NCBI GenBank assembly: GCA_002269645.1
Contig: NIVC01001316.1
Coordinates: 34,338-98,337, forward strand
Reading direction: 5' to 3'
Length of the DNA: 64,000 nt
Source of the DNA: Macrostomum lignano
Lineage: Eukaryota
The position numbers and the translations under genes are program-made. The notes beneath the pieces were generated by a model that was not told the DNA's origin, ran no database searches, and saw nothing but the letters and a program-made list of their open reading frames with translations. Shown one piece after another: positions 1-10,117 of the stretch; position 1 is the first letter of the stretch; each line of letters begins with the position of its first letter.

Positions 1-2
1 AT

Positions 3-1646
3 GAGCACGCGAAGCATGTCTATAATTACTTTAATTGTCAAAACTTCTTCCAGTATCACCTGCTTTACCTCTACACAGATGTGTTTCTGCTGGCTGATGT
101 GTTTGAAACCTTCAGATACACCTGGTACACAGCATATGGCCTCAATCCAGCACATTATGTGTCTCTCCCTGCCACTAGCTGGGAATCTTTGCTTAAAATG
201 AAATGGGATCAAGATCCAGATTGGTACATTGAACTTCTTACAGACATTGACATGTACAATTTTGTCGAATCGTCAAAGCGAGGGGGAATCTCAATTTGCG
301 TTAACAGGTATGCAAAAGCAAACAATCCCTACATTGGATCTTACAATAAGGAGCAACCCTCAAACTACATTACTTACTTGGACGCTAATAATCTCTACGG
401 GTGGGCGATGACTCAAGATCTTCCAGTTAGAGATTTTCGATGGCTACCCTCATCAGAATTCAAATGGGACTTTTCATTGGCTGCAATTTATGAGGTTGAT
501 GTTTACATTCCACCAGAGCTTCACGACTATTTCTCTGACTTTCCACCCTTCCCAGAGAACATCAAGTGCCCGAAAATAATCGAAACTCCCAATGGAACTT
601 GGCACCTGTCAGGAACAGAAAAAGAACATACAGAGAAACTAACACAGAATCTAAACAACAAGACACGTTACAAAATCCATTACAAACTGCTTCAGTATTT
701 TATCTCACTTGGTTGCAGGGTCACCAAAGTTCACAGGGCTCTTACATTTACAGAGGAAGCGTGGATGAAACCCTACATTGATAAGAACACCCAGTTTAGG
801 ACCAAAGCAACCAACGACTTTGACAAGAACCTCTTTAAGTTGGCCAACAACTCTGTCTATGGCAAGACTCTTGAGAATGAGCGGAAAAGAACAAACCTGA
901 AACTTGTTACCTCATCAGAGCCTGATGTTATTCAGGCAAATATGTCAAAGCCAACGTTCAAAGAACTCCACATCTTTAATAGCTACTTAGGTGTGATCAT
1001 ATTTTACAAAACCAAGGTGACGCTGCGCAAGCCGATCTATACAGGTGTCACTGTTCTCGACGAATCAAAACGTCTGATGTACCAATTCTTCTATGGCATG
1101 AAGCAGCAGTACAAGGATAAAATGAAACTCTTGTACACCGACACAGACAGTTTTATTATGGACATTCAAACAGAAGACATTTATCAGGACATGCTGCAGC
1201 AAAAAGATTTGTTTGACTTGTCTGAGTATGATGAATCTTGCAGGACACAGAATGGTGATCAAGTGTTTGACGCTACTAACAAGAAAGTGATTGGGAAAAT
1301 GAAGGACGAGATTGCTGGTGACATAATCACTGAATTCATTGGGTTGAGAGCAAAGTCCTATTTTATAAAATGTGAGTCGTCAGACCCAATCAAAAAATCA
1401 AAGGGAATTCCGAAACGTGTAGTTAGGAAGGAAATTAATGAAGCTGAATACAGAGACGCCTTGAATTGCAACAAAAAGACATCACACGAGTTCTCAAAGC
1501 TACAATCTAAAAACCATATTATTCACACAATTCAGCAAAAGAAGATTGGACTGTCAGGTGCAGATAACAAAAGATTCATTTTTGATGACAATATTAACAG
1601 TCTACCGTTCGGGCACTGGAGATTAGGTTTAGGAGGTGGAGGTTAG
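3..1646 (+). CDS. Protein-primed family B DNA polymerase (pPolB), C-terminal part, uninterrupted; 5' end outside the window
   Basis: Frame is open from base 3 (EHAKHVYNYF...). PolB motifs YLDANNLYGWAM, KLANNSVYGKT, YTDTDS and FIGLRAKSY. Confidence 0.96.
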   Translation, partial: EHAKHVYNYFNCQNFFQYHLLYLYTDVFLLADVFETFRYTWYTAYGLNPAHYVSLPATSWESLLKMKWDQDPDWYIELLTDIDMYNFVESSKRGGISICVNRYAKANNPYIGSYNKEQPSNYITYLDANNLYGWAMTQDLPVRDFRWLPSSEFKWDFSLAAIYEVDVYIPPELHDYFSDFPPFPENIKCPKIIETPNGTWHLSGTEKEHTEKLTQNLNNKTRYKIHYKLLQYFISLGCRVTKVHRALTFTEEAWMKPYIDKNTQFRTKATNDFDKNLFKLANNSVYGKTLENERKRTNLKLVTSSEPDVIQANMSKPTFKELHIFNSYLGVIIFYKTKVTLRKPIYTGVTVLDESKRLMYQFFYGMKQQYKDKMKLLYTDTDSFIMDIQTEDIYQDMLQQKDLFDLSEYDESCRTQNGDQVFDATNKKVIGKMKDEIAGDIITEFIGLRAKSYFIKCESSDPIKKSKGIPKRVVRKEINEAEYRDALNCNKKTSHEFSKLQSKNHIIHTIQQKKIGLSGADNKRFIFDDNINSLPFGHWRLGLGGGG

Positions 1647-1733
1647 ATTCGGGCACTGGAGATTAGGAGATTAGGAGGTTGGGTTTAGGTTTAGGAGAAA
1701 ATTTACTAAACCTCATAAAAAATGACATAAAAA

Positions 1734-2135
1734 ATGACGACAAATAACTTTCTTGAAGATTTGGCTAACGAACTGGAAATCCCAAACTTTAGAGGAATAT
1801 TTATGAGGGACACTCTGCCTGATTTTCCTCTAAGAAAGGAATGCGGCATCATGAACTTTGACACCACCGATAAGCCAGGATCTCATTGGGTTTGCTGGGT
1901 GATTGATCCCGATCTCAAGCACAAGTGTTATTACTTCGATAGCTATGGGACGGCAGTACCAGAAGAGCTAAGAAATTATATGAAGGGAAAAAATAATAAA
2001 AAAATTTATCGCTCAGACTTTATTCTCCAAGGTCTTAGCAGTGATATTTGCGGTGAGCTGTGCATGACTGTTTTGTATGCAATGACCAAAACACGAAAGA
2101 CCTACAAGGAAATTAATCTTGGCTGTGTTTCGTAA
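1734..2135 (+). CDS. Adenain-like cysteine (maturation) protease
   Basis: GSHWVC (His), YYFDSYG (Asp), Q...CGELC (Gln/Cys) in the order of adenoviral and Polinton C5 proteases. Confidence 0.9.
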   Translation: MTTNNFLEDLANELEIPNFRGIFMRDTLPDFPLRKECGIMNFDTTDKPGSHWVCWVIDPDLKHKCYYFDSYGTAVPEELRNYMKGKNNKKIYRSDFILQGLSSDICGELCMTVLYAMTKTRKTYKEINLGCVS

Positions 2136-2139
2136 GGGT

Positions 2140-2805
2140 TCATTGTGCATTTCTCGTCGTCCTTCTTGCCGACTTTCTTTCCGCATAATGTTGAAAAACT
2201 TTCTCGAGTTCATTTTTCAGCTGACTCATGTCATCAGTACCGACCATGTTCAAGTTCATTCGAATTGATTGTTCATAAAGATCCTGAATGGTTTTGAACT
2301 CATCCTCTGAAATGAACTTATCCTCGATTGCCCTTGAAATGTACCCTATGATTGAAGTGTGCACCCCTTTCTCTTTTACTTGCTTCTCCTGTAGCTGCTT
2401 TAGTTTTTTTCGCCTGTTTCGCGCTAATGCTCCAGTAATTGCTGAAATAAGTCCACATGCAGCACCTACTGAACCAAGTGGAATTGCGATTGGGACTGTG
2501 ATGGCTGGCAACACTGAGACAGCTGCAGCAGACCCAGTTAGAACAGACACAGATCCTAGAATCATATTGCTGTAGTCGAAAAATTTACAGTGGCTGTCAT
2601 AGCGCTTAATTTTCTTTGCGTTGTGGAAAATATTTTTTTCAAGATCATCTCGCATTTTTTGAATCTCCACCAGTCGAAACTGTTGAGAGTTACAAGTAAT
2701 GACGGGGTAGAGTTTTTGTTGCTCATATTGGGGTGCACTAGGTGCTTTGGGAGCTGTGGGTTTTGTGGGAGCGTTCGGATCATAAAGAGAATTTTGAGCA
2801 TCCAT
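2140..2805 (-). CDS. Conserved Polinton accessory membrane protein (LYP...FRL.EI motif, hydrophobic hairpin; resembles the adintovirus GasderminX-type ORF)
   Basis: LYPVITCNSQQFRLVEI, a ~50-aa Gly/Ala-rich hydrophobic stretch, a basic coil and an IEDKFISEDEF tail. Family name is from memory, not a search. Confidence 0.6.
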   Translation of the reverse strand: MDAQNSLYDPNAPTKPTAPKAPSAPQYEQQKLYPVITCNSQQFRLVEIQKMRDDLEKNIFHNAKKIKRYDSHCKFFDYSNMILGSVSVLTGSAAAVSVLPAITVPIAIPLGSVGAACGLISAITGALARNRRKKLKQLQEKQVKEKGVHTSIIGYISRAIEDKFISEDEFKTIQDLYEQSIRMNLNMVGTDDMSQLKNELEKVFQHYAERKSARRTTRNAQ

Positions 2806-2912
2806 TTTTTAGGGAATTTAAAAAAAATCGACAACTAGTTGGTGGTGGCTAGATTTGTTTTACGTTTGGTTGCTTTGTCTGCAGTGACGGCAACGGGTCT
2901 CTTCGAATCTGC

Positions 2913-3587
2913 CTATTCATTGTCTATGAGCTCGATTCTACGCCTGATCTCAAACAAGTCGGTTGGATCACTTATTTCCCTTGTGCACCCTACCCTTGTG
3001 GTCTGTGGTGCCTCTTCAGCGTCAATGTTTTTAAGATTATGCAAGCGTTCAAGACGACTGATTCTTCTCAACGATTTCTGCCATTCGGTAAAAATTAAAT
3101 CTAAAAAAACTTTAATTGTATCAATTCTTACTTTGATTTGATCATGCAACGCTGTTGACTGAGTCATGAACTCTTCTAAATTCCTCACTTTACCTGTGTT
3201 TGTGAAAACTCCTTCTTCAAGAATGCGCATTCGTCTATCGGTGGAATTTCTCAGAAGATTAACTGTCGATGCTAAATTTGTTCTTAAGCCGTTGATTTGC
3301 GAGACTGCCGAAGTTATTTCTGACCTTAGTTCATTAGTTGCGTGTACAACCTGTACATAAAGCTTATCACTTTCAAACTTCTGCCTAGCTACTTTAAGCC
3401 TGAGATCTTCTATGTTAATTTGCAACTGGTGCATGGAGCGCTCTAATTGTTTCAGTCTGTTTTTATTCAGTTTGATCTCTGGGATCTCTTCGTCGCTGTT
3501 GATATATCGCCTGTCAAGGATGGATATATGAGCTGATGTAAGAGCGCTGTTGCCAGAAAAGGATTCACCTGCAAAATTAATAGACAT
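2913..3587 (-). CDS. Coiled-coil protein of Polinton A (224 aa), function unknown
   Basis: Heptad-rich ORF with a homologue at 17596-18405 and the A-rich AAAAATG start context seen on other element genes. Confidence 0.75.
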   Translation of the reverse strand: MSINFAGESFSGNSALTSAHISILDRRYINSDEEIPEIKLNKNRLKQLERSMHQLQINIEDLRLKVARQKFESDKLYVQVVHATNELRSEITSAVSQINGLRTNLASTVNLLRNSTDRRMRILEEGVFTNTGKVRNLEEFMTQSTALHDQIKVRIDTIKVFLDLIFTEWQKSLRRISRLERLHNLKNIDAEEAPQTTRVGCTREISDPTDLFEIRRRIELIDNE

Positions 3588-3602
3588 TTTTATTGAGAGA
3601 AT

Positions 3603-4403
3603 TTAAATCAGAATCTTTTTCTCCTTGTTGATCATGACAAACTGGTAACGCTGATTCCACTTGTCATAGCAAAGATTAACGAATTCCTCCTGTGAAATCT
3701 TTCTGTTTGAGTTTTTTGTTGGATTTATGAAATAGGCAGGCGCAATGACCTCATTGTAAAATCTTTTTAGCCTTTCCTGTGGAATGGTTGGAAACAGGAG
3801 AATCAGATTGCAGTTCCCGCGAATTGTTTTGTTCGGGAGCTCGAACCAATTCTGTGCAATGTAAATTACATTACAATTGTTATGTCGCCCTCTTGTAAAA
3901 TAGTTTTCTATCTGCTTCTGTGGGCCTGTCATACAATCATCAAAGACGATCAAATGCTTTCTCCCCTTTTCTAGCTCATCTGGATGGGGTAGAAGTTTGG
4001 TCTTTGGATCAACCTGTGGATCTCCATAGGTGAACACTTTAATGTTCTGCCATTTTTCATTGTCTTTGAGGTGCTTTGCATATTCGGCAGCTACAATTTC
4101 TGGGTTACTGGGAAGGCTCATTTGGTTATTAAAACATTGAATAATGTCCTCTTTGTTCAGTTTGTTTTGCAATCTAGAAATCAGAATTTTATACTCATCT
4201 TGATACAGTGTGGGAGAGTAGATGTGCAGAGTGTCATAGTCGATAAAGCCAGGTCTAAGAAGCATGTTAAAGACTCTGAATGTTTTACCTGAACCTGACG
4301 AACCAACAACAATGCATCTGAAGTGACTCGGGATTGACTCGTGATGAGAAAACTTAATCTGATTACGTGTCCAGTGAGGATTGAAGTCGTTTGAAAAGTA
4401 CAT
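3603..4403 (-). CDS. A32/FtsK-like genome packaging ATPase
   Basis: Walker A GSSGSGKT, Walker B LIVFDD, and YFTRGRHNNCNVIYIAQ motif. Confidence 0.95.
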   Translation of the reverse strand: MYFSNDFNPHWTRNQIKFSHHESIPSHFRCIVVGSSGSGKTFRVFNMLLRPGFIDYDTLHIYSPTLYQDEYKILISRLQNKLNKEDIIQCFNNQMSLPSNPEIVAAEYAKHLKDNEKWQNIKVFTYGDPQVDPKTKLLPHPDELEKGRKHLIVFDDCMTGPQKQIENYFTRGRHNNCNVIYIAQNWFELPNKTIRGNCNLILLFPTIPQERLKRFYNEVIAPAYFINPTKNSNRKISQEEFVNLCYDKWNQRYQFVMINKEKKILI

Positions 4404-4510
4404 TTTTTCTATGATGAAAAAATTTTTTTAATAATAAAACATTTAGAAGATGTGTCATTTTGGGACTAGTCTTATACTCTTACACGTCTTGTACCCTCGG
4501 AAAGTACCCT

Positions 4511-4897
4511 TTAGTCAAATTTGAAACCACTTCCTTTTTTAATGCTTGCTCTCATCTTTTCATAGACTGCAGGGTCTACACTGTCTGGATTTGGGGCCAG
4601 CGGAGCCAACGGGGCCGGCGGTTGAATCTCTTGTTTAGGTGTTCCAGTATCCTTTATCTTTTTCGCTGCTGTGGCTACACTGCCAGCCGCTTCGGCAACG
4701 TTCTTGATGTTCTCTTTGTTCTCTCCAATGACCTTAAAAATCTTGGCCCCTTGAGCGATCAAATCGGCAAGGCCATTTCCAGAGCGTTCTTTTCTTGGAT
4801 AGTGGCCTGCAGGGAAAAGTCCAGATCCGCGTTTAATGAGATTAAGTTCCTCTTTGTCATAGTATTTGTCAATGTCTTTTTCGAAAATAATTGGCAT
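4511..4897 (-). CDS. Small Polinton protein (128 aa; probable start MPIIFEK; KGSGFKFD C-terminus), possible virion core protein
   Basis: ATG at 4897 in an AAAAAGATG context. The ORF-track extension upstream is the neighbouring gene read in another frame. Homologue at 19414-19793. Confidence 0.65.
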   Translation of the reverse strand: MPIIFEKDIDKYYDKEELNLIKRGSGLFPAGHYPRKERSGNGLADLIAQGAKIFKVIGENKENIKNVAEAAGSVATAAKKIKDTGTPKQEIQPPAPLAPLAPNPDSVDPAVYEKMRASIKKGSGFKFD

Positions 4898-4913
4898 CTT
4901 TTTAAATAGAAAT

Positions 4914-5479
4914 TTATTTTTTGTTAAACCGTGAAAGCAAAAGTTCTCTTGCTCTTTTATCGATATATTTTCTCTCAAGCATTTTGTCCAGGATGTTGAC
5001 AAATTCTTTTCTATTCTCGTCTTTCATTCCGGTCTTTGCCGCTCCTAGAAGAACAGCTAACCGCTTGTAGAATTCAGGCATGCCTTTTCCGGAAGAGCTT
5101 GGAGGTGATTCGAATGATTGGTCAGAGGAGGAACTGTCATGTGGCGCTTGTCTTTGTTGAGGTGTGAATACTCTGTCATTGATTCGCTTCATTCGTTCTG
5201 GGGAGAGCCGCTCTAATTGTCGCCATTCATCTGGGCGCTGGTTTCTGTACTGGGAAATCTCATTTGGCCCTGCTTTTTCAAGCGCTTCTAGTACTTGTTC
5301 GGGTGTGATTTGTTGCTGTGGCGGTGGAGGTTGTTGTGGTTGTGGTTGTGTTTGTGGTTGCTGCTGTTGTGGTTGTTGTAGTTGTTGTTTTGGTTGCTGC
5401 TGTTGTGGCTGTGGTTGTTGTGGTTGTTGTCTTATGACCTCTTCTTGATCCGGCAAACCAAACCATTGTTTAAAGTATT
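4914..5479 (-). pseudogene. 3' half of the Gln/Pro-rich Polinton ORF (PZ-like C-terminus), split by the Helitron insertion
   Basis: Near-identical to 19810-20390; the 5' half is at 40762-41395. C-terminal motif RLAVLLGAAKTG...EFVNILDKML. Confidence 0.85.
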
Positions 5480-6581
5480 TCTTTTTCTTCTAAATATACT
5501 AAATCTCTAAGGTTTGTATGCTTGTCCATAACGCTCTAGTCTTCTAAATATACTAAATCTCTAAGGTTTGTATGCTTGAATGAATGAATGTCCATAACGC
5601 TCTAGAGACTGCAATTCTTCACCGATTTTGATCGCGTTTTCGCCAAAAGATTCAAAATTGTCTGGAAAGAAGACGGTTAAAATTTCTTTAATCTGCTTCA
5701 ATGCTAAAGGGATTAAATATTCGAAAAACTGTTTTAAATGGCCTTTTTCAATGCAAATTTTATCAGCCAGAAACTTCACTGCCAATTTTAATTGATTGCG
5801 CCAGAGCCAACTGATAAGAAAACTCACTCCGCTCCACTTAAAGGGGGGCAATAAAAAATTATTCTGGCTGCTGGCAGCCAGCTCTAATTAGCTAGTCTAA
5901 ATATACTAAATCTCTAAGGTTTGTATGCTTGAATGTCCATAACGCTCTAGAGATTGCAATTCTTCACCGATTTCGATCGCGTTTTCGCCAAAAGATGCAA
6001 AATTGTCTGGAAAGAAGACAGTTAAAATTTCTTGTATCTGCTTCAATGCTAAAGGGATTAAATATTCGAAAAACTGTTTTAAATGGGCTTTTTCAATGCA
6101 AATTTTATCAGCCGGAAACTTCACAGTCAATTTTAATTGATTGCGCCAGAGCCAACTGATAAGAAAACTCACTCCGCTCCACTTAAAGGGGGGCAATAAA
6201 AAATTATTCTGGCTGCTGGCAGCCAGCTCTAATTAGCTAGTCTAAATATACTAAATCTCTAATATTTGTATGCTTGTCCATAACGCTCTAGAGATCGCAA
6301 TTCTTCACCGATTTTCATCGCGTTTTCGCCAAAAGATTTCTAATCAGCCTGGGATTGTATGGTTAAAATTTCTTGTATCTGCTTCAATGCTTAAGGGATT
6401 AAATATTCGAAAAACAGTTTTAAATGGGCGAATTCAATGCAAATTTTATCAGCGAGAAACTTCACAGTCAATCTTAATTGATTGCGCCAGAGCCAACTGA
6501 TAAGAAAACTCACTGGACCCCACTTAAAGGGGGGCAATAAAAAATTATTCTGGCTGCTGGCAGCCAGCTCTGATTAGCTAG
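5480..6581 (+). repeat. Tandem mini-Helitron units: a 60-bp stub plus three ~340-355-bp units
   Basis: Units 5540-5895, 5896-6240 and 6241-6581 each end in the CTGGCTGC-tg-GCAGCCAG hairpin followed by ...AGCTAG. Confidence 0.85.
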
Positions 6582-7456
6582 TCTAAATATACTAAATCTC
6601 TAATATTTGTATGCTTGCTTGTCCATAACGCTCTAGAGATTGCAATTCTTCACCGATTTTCATCGCGTTTTCGCCAAAAGATTTGTAATCAGCCTGGGAT
6701 TGTATGGTTAAAATTTCTTGTATCTGCTTCAATGCTAAAGGGATTAAATATTCGAAAAACTGTTTTAAATGGGCTTTTTCAATGCAAAATTTTATCAGCG
6801 AAAAACTTCACAGCCAAATTTAATGATTGCGCCAGAGCGAACTGATCAGAAAACTCACTGGGCCCCACTGCCCAGATAATTACTCTATTTAAATTGCGCA
6901 AGCATACCAGGGTCAAAAATAAAATTATTCTGGAGGCTAGCAGCGAGCTCTTTAAGCGTCAAAGATTTGTTTTTCGTAACGCTTTACAGACTGCAATTCT
7001 TGACCAATTTTGATCGCGTTTTCGCCAAAAGTTTTGTAATTATCTGGAAAGAGGACAGCTAAAATTTCTTTAATCTGCTTTAATGCTAAAGGTATTAAAT
7101 ATTCGAAAAACAAGTTTATCTAAATGCTTTTAATGGAAGGCCAAGCAGCGTTGAATTCTTGACTGGCTGAATTCCAATTCTAAATGATTGCGCCACAACT
7201 GCGTACTGCATATTCTCGCTATAAACTGACTCTGAGCTTTTCAGCAGGAGGCAGTGTGCCAAGCATTGCGCAGGCACTCTGGAGGAAGAGAGAAATCAGC
7301 CAGTGCATTTTAAAAGTATTGAAATTGAGAGATTTACTTAACTGTGCAATGGCTCTGCCAGTACCAAAACTGTGCACACTGAGCAGCCTATCACTGCTAT
7401 GTATTTGACTGCAGTGCCGAAGCATATATGTCTGATTTTTGCGCCCTCCCATCAGT

Positions 7457-7540
7457 AGGCGGAATACCCGCAGTGTAGGCAGTAGGACTAGGTTTAGGCT
7501 AGGCGCAAGGTCCAAGGTTCGAGTCCGCCTCGCCGGCCGA
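7457..7540 (+). other. Degenerate tRNA-derived (SINE-like Pol III) head inside a Helitron unit; copies at ~35605-35690 and ~36235-36315
   Basis: TAGCCGCACTGTAGGC D-arm-like segment (clearest in the 35.6 and 36.2 kb copies) and B-box GGTTCGAGTC; the cloverleaf is incomplete. Confidence 0.45.
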
Positions 7541-7901
7541 TAATTAAAATTAAATAAATTAGTTCATTTATACCTAGCGCCTCAACTAATTGAATCACTT
7601 TTGATTAATTAGTAAGCCACACTCCATGAATGATTTTTGCTATTCAGCACAATATTTTTGAGCACAAGTTGCTAAACAAATTTGAATTTGATTTGATTTC
7701 AGCCAGTGCATTTTAAAATTTGATTTGTAAAAGACTGCTTTGTGTATTACTGCTCCCGAATTGCAGACGATGCTGCTAAATAGCTAAACAGCTGAAGGTA
7801 CTGCTAAATGCTGAGCTGCGCAAAAGACTGCCGATATGTATCGAAAATTGATTAGTGAGTCCTACTAAATGCTGAGCAAATTATCAGATTACTGAAAGAA
7901 T

Positions 7902-8375
7902 AGTAGAAGGCATGAGGGGGCTTTTGGGACAAAATTTTTCACCTCCTCCATAATCCACCTAAATCCATCCATATTATCCCTGACAGAATCAGAAAAAAGG
8001 GGGGTCGCACTCGCTCCGAAAACGTCCTCCATAATCCACCTAAATCCATCCATATTATCCCCGACAGAATCAGAAAAAAGGGGGGTCGCACTCGCTCACA
8101 AAACATCCTCCATAATCCTATTAAATCCATCCATATTATCCCTGACAGAATCAGAGCATTATCCCTGACAGAATCAGAGCATAACAGTAGGACACCTGTT
8201 ATGCTCACTGACACTGACATAATCCACTGACATCCACCCATAGCATTTTCGAAACAATCAGAAAATAATCTGCATTCTTCTCCCCACATTCAATCCGCAA
8301 CGTGCTACCACATCCCTAAGACTTTAAATCATCAGCGCAGGGTCCTTACCCTTTGAAAAAATCTAAATTTTCTCT
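7902..8375 (+). repeat. Left terminal inverted repeat of Polinton B, with internal ~71-bp tandem repeats
   Basis: Reverse complement of 23535-24009 with roughly 8 mismatches and 1 indel counted by eye. Confidence 0.96.
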
Positions 8376-8397
8376 GAATCTTGATTGTCTTTTATAT

Positions 8398-9075
8398 GCT
8401 TACGAAGCTTCGTAAATTGAAATTTTCTGTCGCTAAAGATATTTACTCTGAACTACTACTTCTACTAGCAGTAAGTTAAAAACATATTTTAGTATTTTCT
8501 GCTTTTTCATTAAAGAGTTTACGAAGCTTCGTAAATTGAAATTTTCTGTCGCTAAAGATATTCACTCTAAACTACTACTTCTACTAGCAGTAGGTTAAAA
8601 ACATATTTTAGTATTTTCTGCTTTTTCATTAAAGAGTTTACGAAGCTTCGTAAATTGAATTTTTCTGTCGCTAAAGATATTTACTCTGAACTACTACTTC
8701 TACTAGCAGTAAGTTAAAAACATATTTTAGTATTTTCTGCTTTTTCATTAAAGAGTTTACAAAGCTTCGTAAATTGAAATTTTCTGTCGCTAAAGATATT
8801 TACTCTGAACTACTACTTCTACTAGCAGTAAGTTAAAAACATATTTTAGTATTTTCTGCTTTTTCATTAAAGAGTTTACGAAGCTTCGTAAATTGAAATT
8901 TTCTGTCGCTAAAGATATTCACTCTAAACTACTACTTCTACTAGCAGTAGGTTAAAAACATATTTTAGTATTTTCTGCTTTTTCATTAAAGAGTTTACGA
9001 AGCTTCGTAAATTGAAATTTTATGTCGCTAAAGATATTCACTCTGAACTATTACTTCTACTAGTAGTAGGTAAAA
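8398..9075. repeat. Array of six 119-bp repeats (last one partial), each with the palindrome TTTACGAAGCTTCGTAAA
   Basis: TACGAAGC registers at 8401, 8520, 8639, 8758 (variant), 8877 and 8996. Confidence 0.95.
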
Positions 9076-9236
9076 AAACGTGTCGAGTCAGATTCCAATT
9101 AACAAAAAAAACCGAATTATGTTGATTCAGTTATTATTTATTTTAATAATTATAAAGAGGCCTTTTTTTAACGACTATTCAATTTATATAAATCACCATT
9201 TCAAGCACAACAGACAGCCATGTAGTAGTCACTTCT

Positions 9237-10037
9237 TCACTCCATGACATCTACTCCGTCACCTGGGTCATCTACTTCGTCACCTGGGTCGTCTACTTCG
9301 TCACCTGGGTCGTCTCGAACGTCCACGGCCCAATTGGTCAGGGCAATCTCGGCTGTGACGCCTTCTTCGTTTACGTATTCGAACGTCTCATGCTCAACTT
9401 CCAAGGCCAGACGAAATTCTTCGTCGTCCTTGGTAAAATCGACGATTGCCTTCTTGTATTTCAAAATCGTTGTAAGGCAATATCCAGTAAATGGCAGAGC
9501 TATGTAACGCATCGCTAGCTCGTAGTACGCTACATACTCTTTCGCCTTTCGGACGGTCAATCCGAATTCCTCCGCAATCTTCTCGATAGGCCTAGTTTTC
9601 GTACTGAAGACGATTGCCCGAGCCTGCTCGAACATTCCTAGGCTTTTTAAGTTTTCTAGCGGCCGCAGACAGTCCGAAATAGTCACAAATATACTGCGGA
9701 CCTCTTCGCTAGATTTATTCCGTAGATCTTGTCCTAGGCTGGACAGCAGCGTCTTAAGCAGGCCACCGTCAATGCGAAGACCTTTTGCGGCCAGATAAGT
9801 GAGCCTCCGTTTGAGATTTCGTAGGAATGTCTCCTGCTCGTTGTCGGCATTGCGATTCATTGGTCTCCTTTTATGTTTTTTACTCTTGTTTTTTCCATCT
9901 TCTTCTAGCTTGTCAAGTTTCTCCTTAAACTTCTTCAGCTCCTCCGGCGACCAAGACGCTAACGCCTCCGCAAGCGAAATATCGCTTTTCGCATGCAGCT
10001 CCTTCAATTTCTCGATTGTTTTCTCAATGTTGCTCAA
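9237..10037 (-). CDS. Orphan Polinton ORF (up to 266 aa): basic NLS-like patch, HTH-like segment and acidic DDPGDEV x3 tail; putative DNA-binding regulator
   Basis: Long open frame. KNKSKKHKRRP; PIEKIAEEFGLTVRKAKEYV. The track start at 10037 is TTG and the first in-frame ATG is at 9860. TATA box upstream; AATAAA downstream on the minus strand. Confidence 0.7.
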   Translation of the reverse strand: MSNIEKTIEKLKELHAKSDISLAEALASWSPEELKKFKEKLDKLEEDGKNKSKKHKRRPMNRNADNEQETFLRNLKRRLTYLAAKGLRIDGGLLKTLLSSLGQDLRNKSSEEVRSIFVTISDCLRPLENLKSLGMFEQARAIVFSTKTRPIEKIAEEFGLTVRKAKEYVAYYELAMRYIALPFTGYCLTTILKYKKAIVDFTKDDEEFRLALEVEHETFEYVNEEGVTAEIALTNWAVDVRDDPGDEVDDPGDEVDDPGDGVDVME

Positions 10038-10117
10038 TGTGAAAATTGTGGCAATCGTTGTCGATAGACTTGATAGTGAATTTAGCGCATAACCCCCAGA
10101 CGAGGATTATGATTCGC

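Larger units (their letters stand above)
1..5479 (+). mobile_element. Polinton/Maverick (adintovirus-like) element A, left-hand visible part; begins before the window
   Basis: pPolB, cysteine protease, packaging ATPase and accessory ORFs in the same order and orientation as the complete element at 7902-24009; homology stops abruptly at 5479 where a Helitron TC head starts. Confidence 0.95.

Noticed and set aside
5164-5448. Cys-rich metallothionein/keratin-like ORF (also 20060-20359) and poly-Thr ORFs
   Set aside because: Antisense or alternative frames of the CAA/CAG-rich Gln tract.
5561-6845. Repeated 76-96-aa ORFs in the mini-Helitron units (and homologues at 26.5, 30.4, 34.7 and 39.6 kb)
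   Set aside because: No recognisable domain; frames are not preserved between diverged units.
7457-7540. Functional tRNA genes (also 27841, 30790, 35605, 36235, 39940)
   Set aside because: Arms do not all pair and copies are diverged within repeats; kept only as tRNA-derived heads.
7939-8289. Protein-coding ORFs within the TIRs (also 23621-24133)
   Set aside because: Non-ATG starts, driven by the 71-bp internal repeats; the right-hand ORF runs out into flanking DNA.
8398-9075. CRISPR-like array (palindromic repeats at regular spacing)
   Set aside because: The sequence between palindromes is itself repeated, so there are no unique spacers; no cas genes; eukaryotic viral context.
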